Assembly: GCF_009914755.1 (NCBI RefSeq)
Contig: NC_060938.1
DNA: 64,000 bases
Direction: 5' to 3' (one strand)
DNA from: the human T2T-CHM13v2.0 reference genome, Homo sapiens
This document shows positions 41,901 through 57,300 of the stretch, piece after piece. Within the stretch, counting starts at the first letter, position 1. Each line of letters starts with the position of its first letter. The translations under genes were made by a program, and so were the position numbers. The notes under the pieces are model-generated. The model ran no database searches. It saw only the letters and a program-made list of their open reading frames with translations, and was not told where the DNA came from.

Positions 41901-44900
41901 AATGGAATAAACTCCAGGGGAATGAAATGGATTGGATTGAAATGAAATGGAATGCAATGGAATGGAATGGAATGAAATCAACCCGAGTGGAATGGAACGG
42001 AATGCAATGGAATGGAAAGGAATGAATGGAATGGAATGGTGTGGAATCAACACGAGAGGAATGGAATGGAATGGAACGGAACGGAATGGAAAGGAATGGA
42101 ATGGAATGAACCCGAATGGAATGGAATGGATTGGAATGGAATGGAATGGAATCAACCCGAGCGGAAAGGAATAGAAGGATTGGAGTGGAATGGAATGGAA
42201 TGGAATGGAATGAAATGGAATGGAATCAACACGAATGGAATGGGATGGAATGGAATGGGATGGGATGGAATGGAATGGAATGGAAGTTAATCAACACGAA
42301 TGGAATGTATCTAAATGGAATGGAAAGGAATGAACCTGAATGGAATGGAATGAACCCGAATGGAATGGAATGGATTGGAATGGAATGGAATGGAATCAAC
42401 CCGAGCGGAAAGGAATGGAATGGAATGGAGTGGAATGGAATGTAATAGAATGGAATGGAATGGAATGGAATCAACACGAATGGAATGGAACAGAATGGAA
42501 TGGGATGGGATGGAATGGAATGGAATGGAATGAAGTTAATCAACACGAATGGAATGGAACGGAATGGAATTGAATGGAATGGAATGGAATGGAATGAACC
42601 CGAATGGAATGGAATGGATTGGAATGGAATGGAATGGAATCAACCCGAGCGGAAAGGAATGGAATGGAATGGAGTGGAATGGAATGTAATGGAATGGAAC
42701 GGAATGGAATGGAATCAACACGAATGGAATGGAATGGAATGGAATGGGATGGGAAGGAATGGAATGGAATGGAAGTTAATCAACACCAATGGAATGGAAA
42801 GGAATGGAATGGAATGGAATGGAATGGAATGGAATGGAATGAAATGGAAAGGAACGGAATGGAATCAACACGAGTGGAATGGAAAGGAAAGGAATGGAAT
42901 CAACCCGAGTGGAATGAAATGGAATGTAATGCAATGGGATGGAGTGGAATAAACCCAAGTGGAATGGAATGGAATGGAATGGAATGGAATGGAATGAAAT
43001 GGAATGGATCGGAATGGAATCCAATGCAATCAACTGGAATGGAATGGAATGGAATGGAATGGAATGGAATGGAATGGAATGGAATTGAATGGAATGGAAT
43101 CAACCCGAATGGAATGCAATGGAATGGAATGGAAAGGAATGGAATGGAATGCAATGGAATGGAATGGAATGGAATGGAATGGAATCTACCCGAAAGGGAT
43201 AGAATGGATTGTAATGGAATGGAATGGAATCAACCTGAGCGGAAACGAATGGAATGGAATGGAGTGGAATGGAATGGAATGGAATGGAATGGAATGGAAT
43301 GGAATGGAATGGGATGAGATGGAATGGAATGGAATGGAAGTTAATCAACATGAATGCAATGGAATGGAATGGAATGGAATGGAATGGAGTGGAACGGAAT
43401 GGAATCAACACGAGTGGAATGGAATGGAACGGAATAGAATCAACACGAGTGGAATGAAATGGAATGTAATGCAATGGGATGGAGTGGAATCAACCCGAGC
43501 GGAATGGAATGGAATGCAGTGGAAAGGAATGAAATGGAATGGATCGGAATGGAATCCAATGGAATCAACTGGAATGGAATGGTATGGAAGGGAATGGAAT
43601 GGAATAAATCCGGGTGGAGTGGAATGGAATGTAATGGAGTGGAATATAATGGAATTTATTGGAATGGAATGGAATGGAATGGAATGGAATGGAATGGAGT
43701 GGAATGGAACGGAATGGAATGCAATGAAATGGATTGGATCGGAATGGAATCCAATGGAATCAACTGGAATGGAATGGAATGGAATGGAATAAATCCGTGT
43801 GGAGTGGAATGGAATGTAATGGAGTGGAATGGAATGGAATGGAATGGAATGGAATGGAAAGGATTCAACCCAAATGGAATTGAACGGAATGGAATGGAAA
43901 GGAATGGAATGGAATGGAACGGAATGGAATCAACCCGAATGGGATGGCATGGAATGGAATGGAATGGAATGGAATGGAATGGAATGCAATGGAATGGAAT
44001 CAACCCAAGTGCAATGGATGGAATGGAATGCAATGGAATCCACCCGAGTGGAATGGAATGGAATGGACTTTAATGGAATGGAATGGAATGGAATTCAATG
44101 GAGTGGAATGGAACGGAATAGAGTGAAATTGAATAAACACCAGGGGAATGAAATGGATTGGAATGAAATGGAATGGAATGGAATGGAATGGAATGAAATC
44201 AACCCAAATGTAATGGAACGGATTGGAATGGAATGGAAAGGAATGAATTGAATGGAATGGTGAGGAATCAACACGAGAGGAATGGAAAGGAATGGAACGG
44301 AACGGAATGGAAAGAAATGGAATGGAATGAACCCGAATGGAATGGAATGGATTGGAATGGAATGGAATGGAATCAACCCGAGCGGAAGGGAATGGAATGC
44401 AATGGAGTGGAATGGAATGTAATGGAATGGAATGGAATGAAATGGAATCATCACGAATGGAATCGAACGGAATGGAATGGGATGGGATGGAATGGAATGG
44501 AATGGAAGTTAATCAACACGAATGGAATGGAATGGAAAGGAATGGAATGAAATGGAATGGAATGGAATGGAATGGAATGGAATTGAATGGAATGGTATGA
44601 AATGGAAAGGAACGGAATGGAATCAACAGGAGAGGAATGGAATGGAACGGAATGGAATCAACCCGAGGGGAATGAAATGGAATGTAATGCAATGGGATGG
44701 AGTGGAATCAACCCGAGTGCAATGGAATGGAATGGAATGGAATGGAATGGAATGGAATGGAATGGAATGGAATGCAATGAAATGGAATGGATTGGAATGG
44801 AATCCAATGGAATCAACTGGAATGGAATGGAATGGAATGGAATGGAATGGAATGGAATGGAATGGGTTAAATCCGGGTGGAGTGGAATGGAATGTAATGG

Positions 44901-47900
44901 AGTGGAATGTAATGGAATTTAGTGGAATGGAATGGAATGGAATGGAATGAAATGGATTTTAACGGAATGGAATCCAATGGAATCAACTGGAATGGAATGG
45001 AATGGAATGGAATGAAATGGAAAGGAACGGAATGGAATCAACACGAGTGGAATGGAATGGAACGCAATGGAATCAACCCGAGTGGAATGAAATGGAATGC
45101 AATGTAATGGGATGGAGTGGAATCAACCCGAGTGGAATGGAATGGAATGGAATGGAATGAAATGGAATTGATGTGAATGGAATCCAATGGAATCAACTGG
45201 AATGGAATGGAATGGAATGGAATGGAATGGAATGGAATGGAATGGAATAAATCCGGGTGGAGTGGAATGGAATGTAATGGAGTGGAATGTAATGGAATTT
45301 AGTGGAATGGAATGGAATGGAATGGAATGGAAGGAAATGGATTGGATCGGAATCGAATCCAATGGAATCAACTGGAATGGAATGGAATGGAATAAATCCG
45401 GGTGGAGTGGAATGGAATGTAATGAAGTGGAATGGAATGGAATTTAGTGGAATGGAATGGAATGGAATGGAATGGAATGGAATCAACCCGAATGGAATGG
45501 AACAGAATGGAATGGAATGGAATGGAATGGAATGGAATCATCCCGAATGGGATGGTATGGAATGGAATTCAGTGGAATGGAATGGAATGGAATGGAATGG
45601 AATGGAAACAACCCAAGTGCAATGGAATGGAATGGAATGCAATGGAATCCACCCGAGTGGCATGGAATGGAGTGGAACGGAATGGAATAGAATGGAATGG
45701 AATGGAGTGGAATGGAACGGAATGGAGTGGAATGGAATAAACACCAGGGGAATGAAATGGATTGGAATGGAATGGAATGGAATGGAATGGAATGGAACCG
45801 AATGGAATGGAATGGATTAGAATGGAATGGAGTGGAATCAACCCGAGCGGAAAGGAATGGAATGGAATGGAGTGGAATGGAATATAATGGAATGGAGTGG
45901 AATGGAATGGAATGTAACGGAATGGAACGGAATGGAATCAACACGAATGGAATGGAATGGAATGGGATGGAATGGAATGGAATGGAAGTTAATCAACACG
46001 AATGGAATGGAACGGAATGCAATGGAATGGAATGGGATGGAATGGAATGGAATGGAATGGAATGAAATGGAAAGGAACGGAATGGAATCAACACTAGTGG
46101 AATGGAATGGAACGGAATGGAATCAACCCGAGTGGAATGAAATGGAATGTAATGCAATGGGATGGAGTGGAATCAAACCGAGCGGAATGGAATGGAATGC
46201 AGTGGAAAGGAATTAAATGGAATGGATCAGAATGGAATCCAACGGAATCAACTGGAATGGAGTGGTATGGAAGGGAATAGAATGGAATGGAATGGAATGG
46301 AATAAATCCGGGTGGAGTGGAATGGAATGTAATGGAGTGGAATATAATGGAATTTATTGGAATGGAATGGAATGGAAAGGAACGGAATGGAATGGAATGG
46401 AATGGAATGGAAGGAAATGGATTGGATCGGAATGGAATCCAATGGAATCAACTGGAATGGAATGGAATGGGATGGAATAAATCCGTGTGGAGTGGAATGG
46501 AATGCAATGGAGTGGAATGGAATGGAATTTAGTGGAATGGAATGGAATGGAATGGAATGGAATGGAATGGAATGGAATGGAAAGGAATCAACCCGAATGG
46601 AATTGAACGGAATGGAATGGAAAGGAATGGAATGGAATGGAATGGAATGGAATGGAATGGAATGGAATGGAATGGAATCAACCCGAATGGGATGGCATGG
46701 AATGGAATTGAATGGAATGGAATGGAATGAAATCAACCCGAGTGGAATGGAACGGAATGGAATGGAATGGAAAGGAATGAATGGAATGGAATGGTGAGGA
46801 ATCAACACGAGAGGAATGGAATGGAATGGAACGGAAAGGAATGGAAAGAAATGGAATGGAATGAAACCGAATGGAATGGAATGGATTGGAATGGAATGGA
46901 ATGGAATCAACCCGAGTGGAAAGGAATGGAATGCAATGGAGTGGAATGGAATGTAATGGAATGGAATGGAATGCAATGGAATCATCACGAATGGAATGGA
47001 ACGGAATGGAATGGGATGGGATGGAATGTATTGGAATGGAAGTTAATCAACACGAATGGAATGGAATGGAAAGGTATGCAATGAAATGGAATGGAATGGA
47101 ATGGAATGGAAAGGAACGGATTGGAATCAACAGGAGTGGAATGGAATGGAACGGAATGGAATCAACCCGAGTGGAATGAAATGGAATGTAATGCAATGGG
47201 ATGGAGTGGAATCAACCCGAGTGGAATGGAATGGAATGGAATGGAATGGAATGGAATGGAATGGAATGGAATGGAATGCAATGAAATGGAATGGACTGGA
47301 ATGGAATCCAATGGAATCAACTGGAATGGAATGGAATGGAATGGAATGGAATGGAATGCAATGGATTAAATCCGGGTGTAGTGGAATGGAATGCAATGGA
47401 ATGGAATGGAATGGAATGGAATGGAATTTAGTGGAATGGAATGGAATGGAATGTAAAGGAATGGAATGGAATCAACCAGAATGGAATGGAACGGAATGGA
47501 ATGGAAAGGAATGGAATGGAATGGAATGGAATGTGATGGCATGAAATGGAACGGAATGCAATGGAATGGAATGGAATGGAATGGAATCTCCCTAAGTGCA
47601 ATGGAATGGAATGGAATGCAATGGAATCCACCCGAGTGGAATGGAATGGAATGGAATGGAATGGAATGGAATGGAAAGGAATCAACCCTAATGGAATTGA
47701 ACGGAATGGAATGGAAAGGAATGGAATGGAATGGAATGGAATGGAATGGAATCAACCCGAATGGGATGGCATGGAATGGAATTGAATGGAATGGAATGGA
47801 ATGGAATGGAATGGAATGGAATGGAATCAACACGAGTGGAATGGAATGGAACGGAATGGAATCAACACGAGTGGAATGAAATGGAATGTAATGCAATGGG

Positions 47901-50900
47901 ATGGAGTGGAATCAACCCGAGTGGAATGGAATGGAATGCAGTGGAAAGGAATGAAATGGAATGGATCGGAATGGAATCCAATGGAATCATCTGGAATGGA
48001 ATGGTATGGAAGGGAATGGAATGGAATGGAATGGAATGGAATAAATCCGGGTGGAGTGGAATGGAATGTAATGGAGTGGAATATAATGGAATTTATTGAA
48101 ATGGAATGGAATGGAATGGAATGGAACGGAATGGAATGGAATGAAATGGATTAGATCGGAATGGAATCCAATGGAATCAACTGGAATGGAATGGAATGGA
48201 ATGGAATAAATCCGTGTGGAGTGGAATGGAATGTAATGGAGTGGAATGGAATGGAATGGAATGGAATGGAATGGAAAGGAATCAACCCGAATGGAATTGA
48301 ACGGAATGGAATGGAAAGGAATGGAATGGAATGGAACGGAATGGAATCAACCCGAATGGGATGGCTGGAATGGAATGTAATGGAATGGAATCAACCCAAG
48401 TGCAATGGATGGAATGGAATGCAATGGAATCCACCCGAGTGGAATGGAATGGAATGGACTGGAATGGAATGGAATGCAATGGAATTCAATGGAGTGGAAT
48501 GGAACGGAATAGAGTGGAATTGAATAAACACCAGGGGAATGAAATGGATTGGAGTGAAATGGAATGGAATGGAATGGAATGGAATGAAATCAACCCGAAT
48601 GGAATGGAACGGATTGGAATGGAATGGAAAGGAATGAATGGAATGGAATGGTGAGGAATCAACACAAGAGGAATGGAATGGAATGGAACGGAACGGAATG
48701 GATAGAAATGGAATGGAATGAACCCGAATGGAATGGAATGGATTGGAATGGAATGGAATGGAATCAACCCGAGCGGAAAGGAATGGAATGCAATGGAGTG
48801 GAATGGAATGTAATGTAATGGAATGGAATGGAATGGAATCATCACGAATGGAATGGAACGGAATGGAATGGGATGGGATGGAATGGAATGGAATGGAAGT
48901 TAATCAACACGAATGGAATGGAATGGAAAGGAATGGAATGAAATGGAATGGAATGGAATGGAATTCAATGGAATGGAAAGAAATGGAAAGGAACGGAATG
49001 GAATCAACAGGAGTGGAATGGAATGGAACAGAATGGAATCAACCAGAGTGGAATGAAATGGAATGTAATGCAATGGGATGGAGTGGAATCAACCCGAGTG
49101 CAATGGAATGGAATGGAATGGAATGGAATGGAATGGAATGGAATGGAATGGAATGCAATGAAATGGAATGGATTGGAATGGAATCCAATGAAATCAACTG
49201 GAATGGAATGGAATGGAATGGAATGGAATGGAAAAAACCCGAATGGAATGGAACGGAATGGAATGGAATGGAATCAACCCGAATGGGATGGCATGGAATG
49301 GAATTGAATGGAATGGAATGGAATGGAATGGAATGGAATGGAATGGAATCAACCCAAGTGCAATTGAATGGAATGGAATGCAATGCAATCCACCCGAGTG
49401 GAATGGAATGGAGTGGAATGGAATGGAATAGAATGGAATTGAATGGAGTGGAATGGAACGGAATGAAGTGGAATGGAATAAACTCCAGGGGAATGAAATG
49501 GATTGGAGTGAAATGAAATGGAATGCAATGGAATGGAATGGAATGAAATCAACCCGAGTGGAATGGAATGGAATGCAATGGAATGGAAAGGAATGAATGG
49601 AATGGAATGGTGTGGAATCAACACGAGAGGAATGGAATGGAATGGAACAGAACGGAATGGAAAGGAATGGAATGGAATGAACCCGAATGGAATGGAATGG
49701 ATTGGAATGGAATGGAATGGAATCAACCCGAGCGGAAAGGAATAGAAGGACTGGAGTGGAATGGAATGGAATGGAATGGAATGGAATGGAATGGAATCAA
49801 CACGAATGGAAAGGAATGGAATGGAATGGGATGGGATGGAATGGAATGGAATGGAAGTTAATCAACACGAATGGAATGTATCTGAATGGAATGGAAAGGA
49901 ATGAACCCGAATGGAATGGAATGAACCCGAATGGAATGGAATGGATTGGAATGGAATGGAATGGAATCAACCCGAGCGGAAAGGAATGGAATGGAATGGA
50001 GTGGAATGGAATGTAATAGAATGGAATGGAATGGAATGGAATCAACACGAATGGAATGGAACGGAATGGAATGGGATGGGATGGAATGGAATGGAATGGA
50101 ATGAAGTTAATCAACACGAATGGAATGGAACGGAATGGAATTGAATGGAATGGAATGGAATGGAATGAACCCGAATGGAATGGAATGGATTGGAATGGAA
50201 TGGAATGGAATCAACCCGAGCGGAAAGGAATGGAATGGAATGGAGTGGAATGGAATGTAATGGAATGGAACGGAATGGAATGGAATCAACACGAATGGAA
50301 TGGAATGGAATGGAATGGGATGGGAAGGAATGGAATGGAATGGAAGTTAATCAACACGAATGGAATGGAAAGGAATGGAATGGAATGGAATGGAATGGAA
50401 TGGAATGGAATGGAATGGAATGGAATGAAATGGAAACGAACGGAATGGAATCAACACGAGTGGAATGGAAAGGAAAGGAATGGAATCAACCCGAGTGGAA
50501 TGAAATGGAATGTAATGCAATGGGATGGAGTGGAATAAACCCAAGTGGAATGGAATGGAATGGAATGGAATGGAATGGAATGAAATGGAATGGATCGGAA
50601 TGGAATCCAATGCAATCAACTGGAATGGAATGGAATGGAATGGAATGGAATGGAATGGAATGGAATTGAATGGAATGGAATCAACCCGAATGGAATGCAA
50701 TGGAATGGAATGGAAAGGAATGGAATGGAATGCAATGGAATGGAATGGAATGGAATGGAATCTACCCGAAAGGGATGGAATGGATTCTAATGGAATGGAA
50801 TGGAATCAACCCGAGCGGAAACGAATGGAATGGAATGGAGTGGAATGGAATGGAATGGAATGGAATGGAATGGAATGGAATGGAATCAAAACGAATGGAA

Positions 50901-52925
50901 TGGAATGCAATGGATTGGAATGGGATGAGATGGAATGGAATGGAATGGAAGTTAATCAACATGAATGGAATGGAATGGAATGGAATGGAATGGAGTGGAA
51001 CGGAATGGAATCAACACGAGTGGAATGGAATGGAACGGAATGGAATCAACACGAGTGGAATGAAATGGAATGTAATGCAATGGGATGGATTGGAATCAAC
51101 CCGAGCGGAATGGAATTGAATGCAGTGGAAAGGAATGAAATGGAATGGATCGGAATGGAATCCAATGGAATCAACTGGAATGTAATGGTATGGAAGGGAA
51201 TGGAATGGAATGGAATGGAATGGAATAAATCCGGGTGGAGTGGAATGGAATGTAATGGAATGGAATATAATGGAATTTATTGGAATGGAATGGAATGGAA
51301 TGGAATGGAATGGAATGGAGTGGAATGGAACGGAATGGAATGGAATGAAATGGATTGGATCGGAATGGAATCCAATGGAATCAACTGGAATGGAATGGAA
51401 TAGAATGGAATAAATCCGTGTGGAGTGGAATGGAATGTAATGGAGTGGAATGGAATGGAATGGAATGGAATGGAATGGAAAGGAATCAACCCGAATGGAA
51501 TTGAACGGAATGGAATGGAAAGGAATGGAATGGAATGGAACGGAATGGAATCAACCCGAATGGGATGGCATGGAATGGAATGGAATGGAATGGAATGGAA
51601 TGCAATGGAATGGAATCAACCCAAGTGCAATGGATGGAATGGAATGCAATGGAATCCACCCGAGTGGAATGGAATGGAATGGACTGGAATGGAATGGAAT
51701 GGAATGGAATTCAATGGAGTGGAATGGAACGGAATAGAGTGGAATTGAATAAACACCAGGAGAATGAAATGGATTGGAATGAAATGGAATGGAATGGAAT
51801 GGAATGGAATGAAATCAACCCAAATGGAATGGAACGGATTGGAATGGAATGGAAAGGAATGAATGGAATGGAATGGTGAGGAATCAACACGAGAGGAATG
51901 GAATGGAATGGAACGGAACGGAATGGAAAGAAATGGAATGGAATGAACCCGAATGGAATGGAATGGATTGGAATGGAATGGAATGGAATCAACCCGAGCG
52001 GAAAGGAATGGAATGCAATGGAGTGGAATGGAATGTAATGTAATGGAATGGAATGGAATGGAATCATCACGAATGGAATGGAACGGAATGGAATGGGATG
52101 GGATGGAATGGAAGGGAATGGAAGTTAATCAACACGAATGGAATGGAATGGAGAGGAATGGAATGGAATGCAATGGAATGGAATGGAATTGAATGGAATG
52201 GAATGAAATGGAAAGGAACGGAATGGAATCAACAGGAGAGGAATGGAATGGAACGGAATGGAATCAACCCGAGTGGAATGAAATGGAATGTAATGCAATG
52301 GGATGGAGTGGAATCAACCCGAGTGGAATGGAATGGAATGGAATGGAATGGAATGGAATGGAATGGAATGGAATGCAATGAAATGGAATGGATTGGAATG
52401 GAATCCAATGGAATCAACTGGAATGGAATGGAATGGAATGGAATGGAATGGAATGGAATGGGTTAAATCCGGGTGGAGTGGAATGGAATGTAATGGAGTG
52501 GAATGTAATGGAATTTAGTGGAATGGAATGGAATGGAATGGAATGAAATGGATTTTAACGGAATGGAATCCAATGGAATCAACTGGAATGGAATGGAATG
52601 GAATGGAATGAAATGGAAAGGAACGGAATGGAATCAACACGAGTGGAATGGAATGGAACGCAATGGAATCAACCCGAGTGGAATGAAATGGAATGCAATG
52701 TAATGGGATGGAGTGGAATCAACCCGAGTGGAATGGAATGGAATGGAATGGAATGAAATGGAATTGATGTGAATGGAATCCAATGGAATCAACTGGAATG
52801 GAATGGAATGGAATGGAATGGAATGGAATGGAATGGAATAAATCCGGGTGGAGTGGAATGGAATGTAATGGAGTGGAATGTAATGGAATTTAGTGGAATG
52901 GAATGGAATGGAATGGAATGGAAGG
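35942..52925 (+). repeat. ~17 kb block, copy B
   Basis: Colinear with 1-16945. The offset drifts from 35941 to 35986 only in multiples of 5, and only scattered substitutions were seen by eye. Confidence 0.95.
41650..46170 (+). repeat. 4.5 kb direct repeat inside block B, copy 1 (partner 49225-53780)
   Basis: GGAAAAAACCCG at 41654/49230. Similarity continues through GGAACCGAAT (45794/53395) and ACTAGT (46093/53704). Confidence 0.85.
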
Positions 52926-53780
52926 AAATGGATTGGATCGGAATCGAATCCAATGGAATCAACTGGAATGGAATGGAATGGAATAAATCCGGGTGGAGTG
53001 GAATGGAATGTAATGAAGTGGAATGGAATGGAATTTAGTGGAATGGAATGGAATGGAATGGAATGGAATGGAATGGAATCAACCCGAATGGAATGGAACG
53101 GAATGAAATGGAATGGAATGGAATGGAATGGAATCATCCCGAATGGGATGGCATGGAATGGAATTCAGTGGAATGGAATGGAATGGAATGGAATGGAATG
53201 GAAACAACCCAAGTGCAATGGAATGGAATGGAATGCAATGGAATCCACCCGAGTGGCATGGAATGGAGTGGAACGGAATGGAATAGAATGGAATGGAATG
53301 GAGTGGAATGGAACGGAATGGAGTGGTATGGAATAAACACCCGGGGAATGAAATGGATTGGAATGGAATGGAATGGAATGGAATGGAATGGAATGGAACC
53401 GAATGGAATGGAATGGATTGGAATGGAATGGAGTGGAATCAACCCGAGCGGAAAGGAATGGAATGGAATGGAGTGGAATGGAATATAATGGAATGGAGTG
53501 GAATGGAATGGAATGTAACGGAATGGAACGGAATGGAATCAACACGAATGGAATGGAATGGAATGGGATGGAATGGAATGGAATGGAAGTTAATCAACAC
53601 GAATGGAATGGAACGGAATGCAATGGAATGGAATGGGATGGAATGGAATGGAATGGAATGGAATGGAATGGAATGAAATTGAAAGGAACGGAATGGAATC
53701 AACACTAGTGGAATGGAATGGAACAGAATGGAATCAAACAGAGTGGAATGAAATGGAATGTAATGCAATGGGATGGAGTG
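49225..53780 (+). repeat. 4.5 kb direct repeat, copy 2 (extends past the end of block B)
   Basis: Colinear markers with 41650-46170 at ~7.58-7.61 kb offset. Confidence 0.85.
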
Positions 53781-54334
53781 GAATCAACCCGAGTGCAATG
53801 GAATGGAATGGAATGGAATGGAATGGAATGGAATGGAATGGAATGGAATGGAATGGAATGCAATGAAATGGAATGGATTGGAATGGAATCCAATGGAATC
53901 AACTGGAATGGAATGGAATGGAATGAAATGGAATGGAATGGAATGGATTAAATCTGGGTGGAGTGGAATGGAATGTAATGGAGTGGAATGTAATGGAATT
54001 TAGTGGAATGGAATGGAATGGAATGGAAGGAAATGGATTGGATCGGAATCGAATCCAATGGAATCAACTGGAATGGAATGGAATGGAATAAATCCGGGTG
54101 GAGTGGAATGGAATGTAATGAAGTGGAATGGAATGGAATTTAGTGGAATGGAATGGAATGGAATGGAATGGAATGGAATGGAATGGAATGGAATGGAATC
54201 AACCCGAATGGAATGGAACGGAATGGAATGGAATGGAATGGAATGGAATGGAATGGAATGGAATGGAATCATCCCGAAAGGGATGGCATGGAATGGAATT
54301 CAGTGGAATGGAATGGAATGGAATGGAATGGAAT

Positions 54335-57300
54335 GGAAACAACCCAAGTGCAATGGAATGGAATGGAATGCAATGGAATCCACCCGAGTGGCATGGAATG
54401 GAATGGAACGGAATGGAATAGAATGGAATGGAATGGAGTGGAATGGAACGGAATGGAGTGGAATGGAATAAACACCAGGGGAATGAAATGGATTGGAATG
54501 GAATGGAATGGAATGCAATGGAATGAACCCGAATGGAATGGAATGGATTAGAATGGAATGGAGTGGAATCAACCCGAGCGGAGAGGAATGGAATGGAATG
54601 GAGTGGAATGGAATATAATGGAATGGAGTGGAATGGAATGGAATGTAACGGAATGGAACGGAATGGAATCAACACGAATGGAATGGAATGGAATGGGATG
54701 GAATGGAATGGAATGGAAGTTAATCAACACGAATGGAATGGAACGGAATGCAATGGAATGGAATGGGATGGAATGGAATGGAATGGAATGGAATGAAATG
54801 GAAAGGAACAGAATGGATTCAACACTAGTGGAATCGAATGGAACGGAATGGAATCAACCCGAGTGGAATGAAATGGAATGTAATGCAATGGGATGGAGTG
54901 GAATCAAACCGAGTGGAATGGAATGGAATGCAGTGGAAAGGAATTAAATGGAATGGATCAGAATGGAATCCAATGGAATCAACTGGAATGGAGTGGTATG
55001 GAAGGGAATGGAATGGAATGGAATGGAATGGAATAAATCCGGGTGGAGTGGAATGGAATGTAATGGAGTGGAATATAATGGAATTTATTGGAATGGAATG
55101 GAATGGAATGGAATGGAACGGAATGGAATGGAAGGAAATGGATTGGATCGGAATGGAATCCAATGGAATCAACTGGAATGGAATGGAATGGGATGGAATA
55201 AATCCGTGTGGAGTGGAATGGAATGTAATGGAGTGGAATGGAATGGAATTTAGTGGAATGGAATGGAATGGAATGGAATGGAATGGAAAGGAATCAACCC
55301 GAAAGGAATTGAACGGAATGGAATGGAAAGGAAAGGAATGGAATGGAATGGAATGGAATGGAATGGAATCAACCCGAATGGGATGGCATGGAATGGAATG
55401 GAATGGAATGGAATGGAATGCAATGGAATGGAATCAACCCAAGTGCAATGGATGGAATGGAATGCAATGGAATGCACCCGAGTGGAATGGAATGGAATGG
55501 AATGGACTGGAATGGAATGGAATGCAATGGAATTCAATGGAGTGGAATGGAACGGAATAGAGTGGAATTGAATAAACACCAGGGGAATGAAATGGATTGG
55601 AATGTAATGTAATGGAATGGAATGGAATGGAATGAAATCAACCCGAGTGGAATGGAACGGAATGGAGTGGAATGGAAAGGAATGAATGGAATGGAATGGT
55701 GAGGAATCAACACGAGAGGAATGGAATGGAATGGAACGGAAAGGAATGGAAAGAAATGGAATGGAATGAACCCGAATGGAATGGAATGGATTGGAATGGA
55801 ATGGAATGGAATCAACCCGAGCGGAAAGGAATGGAATGCAATGGAGTGGAATGGAATGTAATGGAATGGAATGGAATGGAATGAAATCATCACGAATGGA
55901 ATGGAACGGAATGGAATGGGATGGGATGGAATGTATTGGAATGGAAGTTAATCAACACGAATGGAATGGAATGGAAAGGAATGGAATGAAATGGAATGGA
56001 ATGGAATGGAATGGAATGAAATGGAAAGGAACGGATTGGAATCAACAGGAGTGGAATGGAATGGAACGGAATGGAATCAACCCGAGTGGAATGAAATGGA
56101 ATGTAATGCAATGGGATGGAGTGGAATCAAACCGAGCGGAATGGAATGGAATGGAATGGAATGGAATGGAATGGAATGCAATGAAATGGAATTGATTGGA
56201 ATGGAATCCAATGGAATCAACTGGAATGGAATGGAATGGAATGGAATGGAATGGAATTCATTAAATCCGGGTGTAGTGGAATGGAATGGAATGGAATGGA
56301 ATGGAATGGAATGGAATGGAATGGAATTTAGTGGAATGGAATGGAATGGAATGTAAAGGAATGGAATGGAATCAACCAGAATGGAATGGAACGGAATGGA
56401 ATGGAAAGGAATGGAAAGGTATGGAATGGAATGGAATGGAATGGAATGGAATGGAATGCAATGAAATGGAATTGATTGGAATGGAATCCAATGGAATCAA
56501 CTGGAATGGAATGGAATGGAATGGAATGGAATTTATTAAATCCGGGTGTAGTGGAATGGAATGGAATGGAATGGAATGGAATGGAATGGAATGGAATGGA
56601 ATGGAATTTAGTGGAATGGAATGGAATGGAATGTAAAGGAATGGAATGGAATCAACCAGAATGGAATGGAACGGAATGGAATGGAAAGGAATGGAAAGGT
56701 ATGGAATGGAATGGAATGGAATGGAATGGAATGGAATGGAATGGAAACAACCCAAGTGCAATGGAATGGAATGGAATGCAATGGAATCCACCCGAGTGGC
56801 ATGGAATGGAATGGAACGGAATGGAATAGAATGGAATGGAATGGAGTGGAATGGAACGGAATGGAGTGGAATGGAATAAACACCAGGGGAATGAAATGGA
56901 TTGGAATGGAATGGAATGGAATGGAATGGAATGGAATGAACCCGAATGGAATGGAATGGATTAGAATGGAATGGAGTGGAATCAACCCGAGCGGAGAGGA
57001 ATGGAATGGAATGGAGTGGAATGGAATATAATGGAATGGAGTGGAATGGAATGGAATGTAACGGAATAGAACGGAATGGAATCAACACGAATGGAATGGA
57101 ATGGAATGGGATGGAATGGAATGGAATGGAAGTTAATCAACACGAATGGAATGGAACGGAATGCAATGGAATGGAATGGGATGGAATGGAATGGAATGGA
57201 ATGGAATGAAATGGAAAGGAACGGAATGGATTCAACACTAGTGGAATCGAATGGAACGGAATGGAATCAACCCGAGTGGAATGAAATGGAATGTAATGCA

